A stretch of 64,000 nucleotides of DNA from an uncultured Planctomycetaceae bacterium (GTDB taxonomy: Bacteria > Planctomycetota > UBA8742 > UBA2392), in NCBI GenBank assembly GCA_964652605.1, contig CAZZBH010000004.1, forward strand, positions 310 through 64,309, written 5' to 3'. Position numbers and translations under genes: made by a program. The notes beneath the pieces are model-generated. The model saw nothing but the letters and a program-made list of their open reading frames with translations. It searched no databases and was not told where the DNA came from. Below, piece after piece: positions 62,689 to 64,000 of this stretch (its first letter is position 1; every line of letters starts with the position of its first letter).

Positions 62689-63306
62689 ATGGCTGCTGCC
62701 GACATCGCACCGGTTGTTCTTGAGCAGATCCCGCTTACACAGGATCGCCACTACGATTTCGCCGCTGTGTTCGGCAACGCGAACTCCGTCGAGCTTGAAC
62801 TTGGCGTCGGCAAGGGGCGCTTCCTGATCCAGCAGGCGCAGGCTTACCCCGGCGTCAACTTCGTCGGCGTGGAGTGGGCAAGCCGCTACTACCGCCTGGT
62901 CGCAGAGCGCGCGGCAAGGCGCAACCTGGCCAACCTGAGGATGCTGCGCGACGACGCGGCTCACGTCGTGCACCATACGCTGGCGGAATGCTCCATCACT
63001 GCAATGCACATCTACTTCCCCGACCCGTGGCCCAAGGCCAGACACCACAAGCGCCGGCTTATCCAGCCGCCGTTTGCGCAGGCGGCCGCGCAGGCAATCA
63101 AGGACGGCGGCAAAGTATGTCTGGCGACCGACCACGAGGACTACGCCGTGCAGATGGAAGCCGTGTTCAATGCGAGCGCCGATTTCGAGCAGACATTCCG
63201 GGCAATCGGCGAGCAGGCGCCCGAGGGGGTCACCAACTGGGAGGTCCGCTTCCGCCGAGAGGGCAAGACCATCCACAAGTTTGAGTTCCAGCGCGTAGTC
63301 CGCTGA
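62689..63306 (+). CDS. trmB: tRNA (guanine-N7)-methyltransferase TrmB
   Basis: SAM motif LELGVGKGRFL and the hallmark IYFPDPWPKARHHKRRL. Confidence 0.9.
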   Translation: MAAADIAPVVLEQIPLTQDRHYDFAAVFGNANSVELELGVGKGRFLIQQAQAYPGVNFVGVEWASRYYRLVAERAARRNLANLRMLRDDAAHVVHHTLAECSITAMHIYFPDPWPKARHHKRRLIQPPFAQAAAQAIKDGGKVCLATDHEDYAVQMEAVFNASADFEQTFRAIGEQAPEGVTNWEVRFRREGKTIHKFEFQRVVR

Positions 63307-63454
63307 CCAAAGCGGCAGCCGCCAAGCGAGCTAGGGAACAGCGGTTCTTGGCGATCTGGCGGCTGCGTATCGAGGGCAGAGCCACCCTGTCGCATAGCGC
63401 CCGGTAGTGCCTCTGTATGCAGGCAACAGTGTCATTGAAAAACCAAACGGCAAA

Positions 63455-63671
63455 CCGCCGAGGCGCAGAGACGCTGAGAAAGCCAGTCCGACACGCCGGC
63501 TGACACAACTAACCAGCCGAGCTTTGCGGATACGGGCTGAAAAACCGCCGAAGCGCCCGCATTCCGGGTGTTGGGAATCTCTCGGGCGCCAAGGCTTCGA
63601 CGAACTGGCATGAGCTGGATGGTTGTTCTCTGCGGCTGTGCTCCGCGTCTCCGCGACTCTGCGTTGCGCAG
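63455..63671. repeat. Intergenic element flanked by inverted arrays of CGCAGAG/CGCGGAG 8-nt subrepeats
   Basis: CCGCCGAGGCGCAGAGACGCTGAGAAAGCC (63455..63484) faces CTCTGCGGCTGTGCTCCGCGTCTCCGCGACTCTGCGTTGCGCAG (63627..63671). Its size is similar to the element at 15284..15509. Confidence 0.45.
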
Positions 63672-63846
63672 TTTTGACTCCGCTCCCGGAGCATACTGAG
63701 ACACTACCGAGCGTCCGATAACCTTGCACTTCCGCCACACGCGGATATAACCCGTGGTTGACCCCGTTTTCCTTCCCTGCCACAATCTGTGGTTCGGAAT
63801 GCCCCTTCTTTGCAGGCAGTTCGAGCGACCCCTCTGGGAGTAGAAG

Positions 63847-64000
63847 ATGCGTTGGACGATTCTTGCCGTCCCGGCTTTGTGCCTGCTTGCGGCTTGTCAG
63901 CCGAACAACGATGAGTTGATGCGCAGGCTTGACGCGATCGAGAAGCAGCAGCCCAGCAGCGATGACGCTTTCAAAACGTGGCTGATGAATCAGTCACAGG
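63847..64000 (+). CDS. Lipoprotein (hypothetical), 3' end outside window
   Basis: RBS GGGAG before ATG 63847. MRWTILAVPALCLLAAC-QPNN carries the lipobox LAAC, and the ORF is open to the window edge. Confidence 0.6.
   Translation, partial: MRWTILAVPALCLLAACQPNNDELMRRLDAIEKQQPSSDDAFKTWLMNQSQ

Noticed and set aside
63307-63846. RNase P RNA, tmRNA, tRNA-Sec or another large structured RNA in the long gap after trmB (also considered for 15182..15565 and 60372..60519).
   Set aside because: I could not find the universally conserved strings (GAGGAAAGTCCGG / ACAGAACCCGGCTTA for RNase P; a tRNA-like 3' end with T-loop + CCA and an ..ALAA tag ORF for tmRNA; a TCA anticodon loop with long extra arm for selC). 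Much of the gaps is explained by the octamer repeat elements.

Overview
High-GC (~65%) bacterial chromosomal window, densely coding on both strands and mostly housekeeping. It holds a 5'-truncated maeB, a TauE exporter, PrkA kinase, a long MscS-family channel, PtsI, Lon, SulP, a DEAD-box helicase and an RluB-type pseudouridine synthase. It also holds TldD, a hybrid PAS histidine kinase, two TPR-metallopeptidases, bacterioferritin, sufE plus a sufBCDS-DUF59 operon, selD, trmB, tRNA-Asn(GTT) and tRNA-Arg(CCT). I saw no rRNA, CRISPR, transposase or integrase. What stands out: (1) Three genes carry in-frame UGA codons at redox or catalytic Cys positions followed by hairpins, which points to selenocysteine decoding. 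They are a signal-peptide thioredoxin-fold/HEAT fusion that the ORF track splits in two, selD itself, and a rhodanese with two UGAs 15 nt apart. (2) A ~1.65 kb low-GC two-gene cassette sits between tldD and the selenoprotein gene: a HipA/PI3K-PI4K-like atypical kinase overlapping by ATGA a DUF3037-like protein. This is my best candidate for an undescribed toxin-antitoxin or defence-like system. (3) A diverged duplicated module pairs a glycine-rich repeat protein with a secreted beta-helix/Ig-like protein that has a Cys-containing C-terminal anchor; one copy is broken by CAA->TAA. (4) The 3' end of tRNA-Asn is triplicated in a 160-bp tandem array. (5) One secreted protein consists of four tandem GspG-pseudopilin-like domains. 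(6) Several families of short intergenic repeats occur, including long hairpins inside the suf operon. All functional calls come from motif recognition by eye; no database search was possible, and start codons are estimates.
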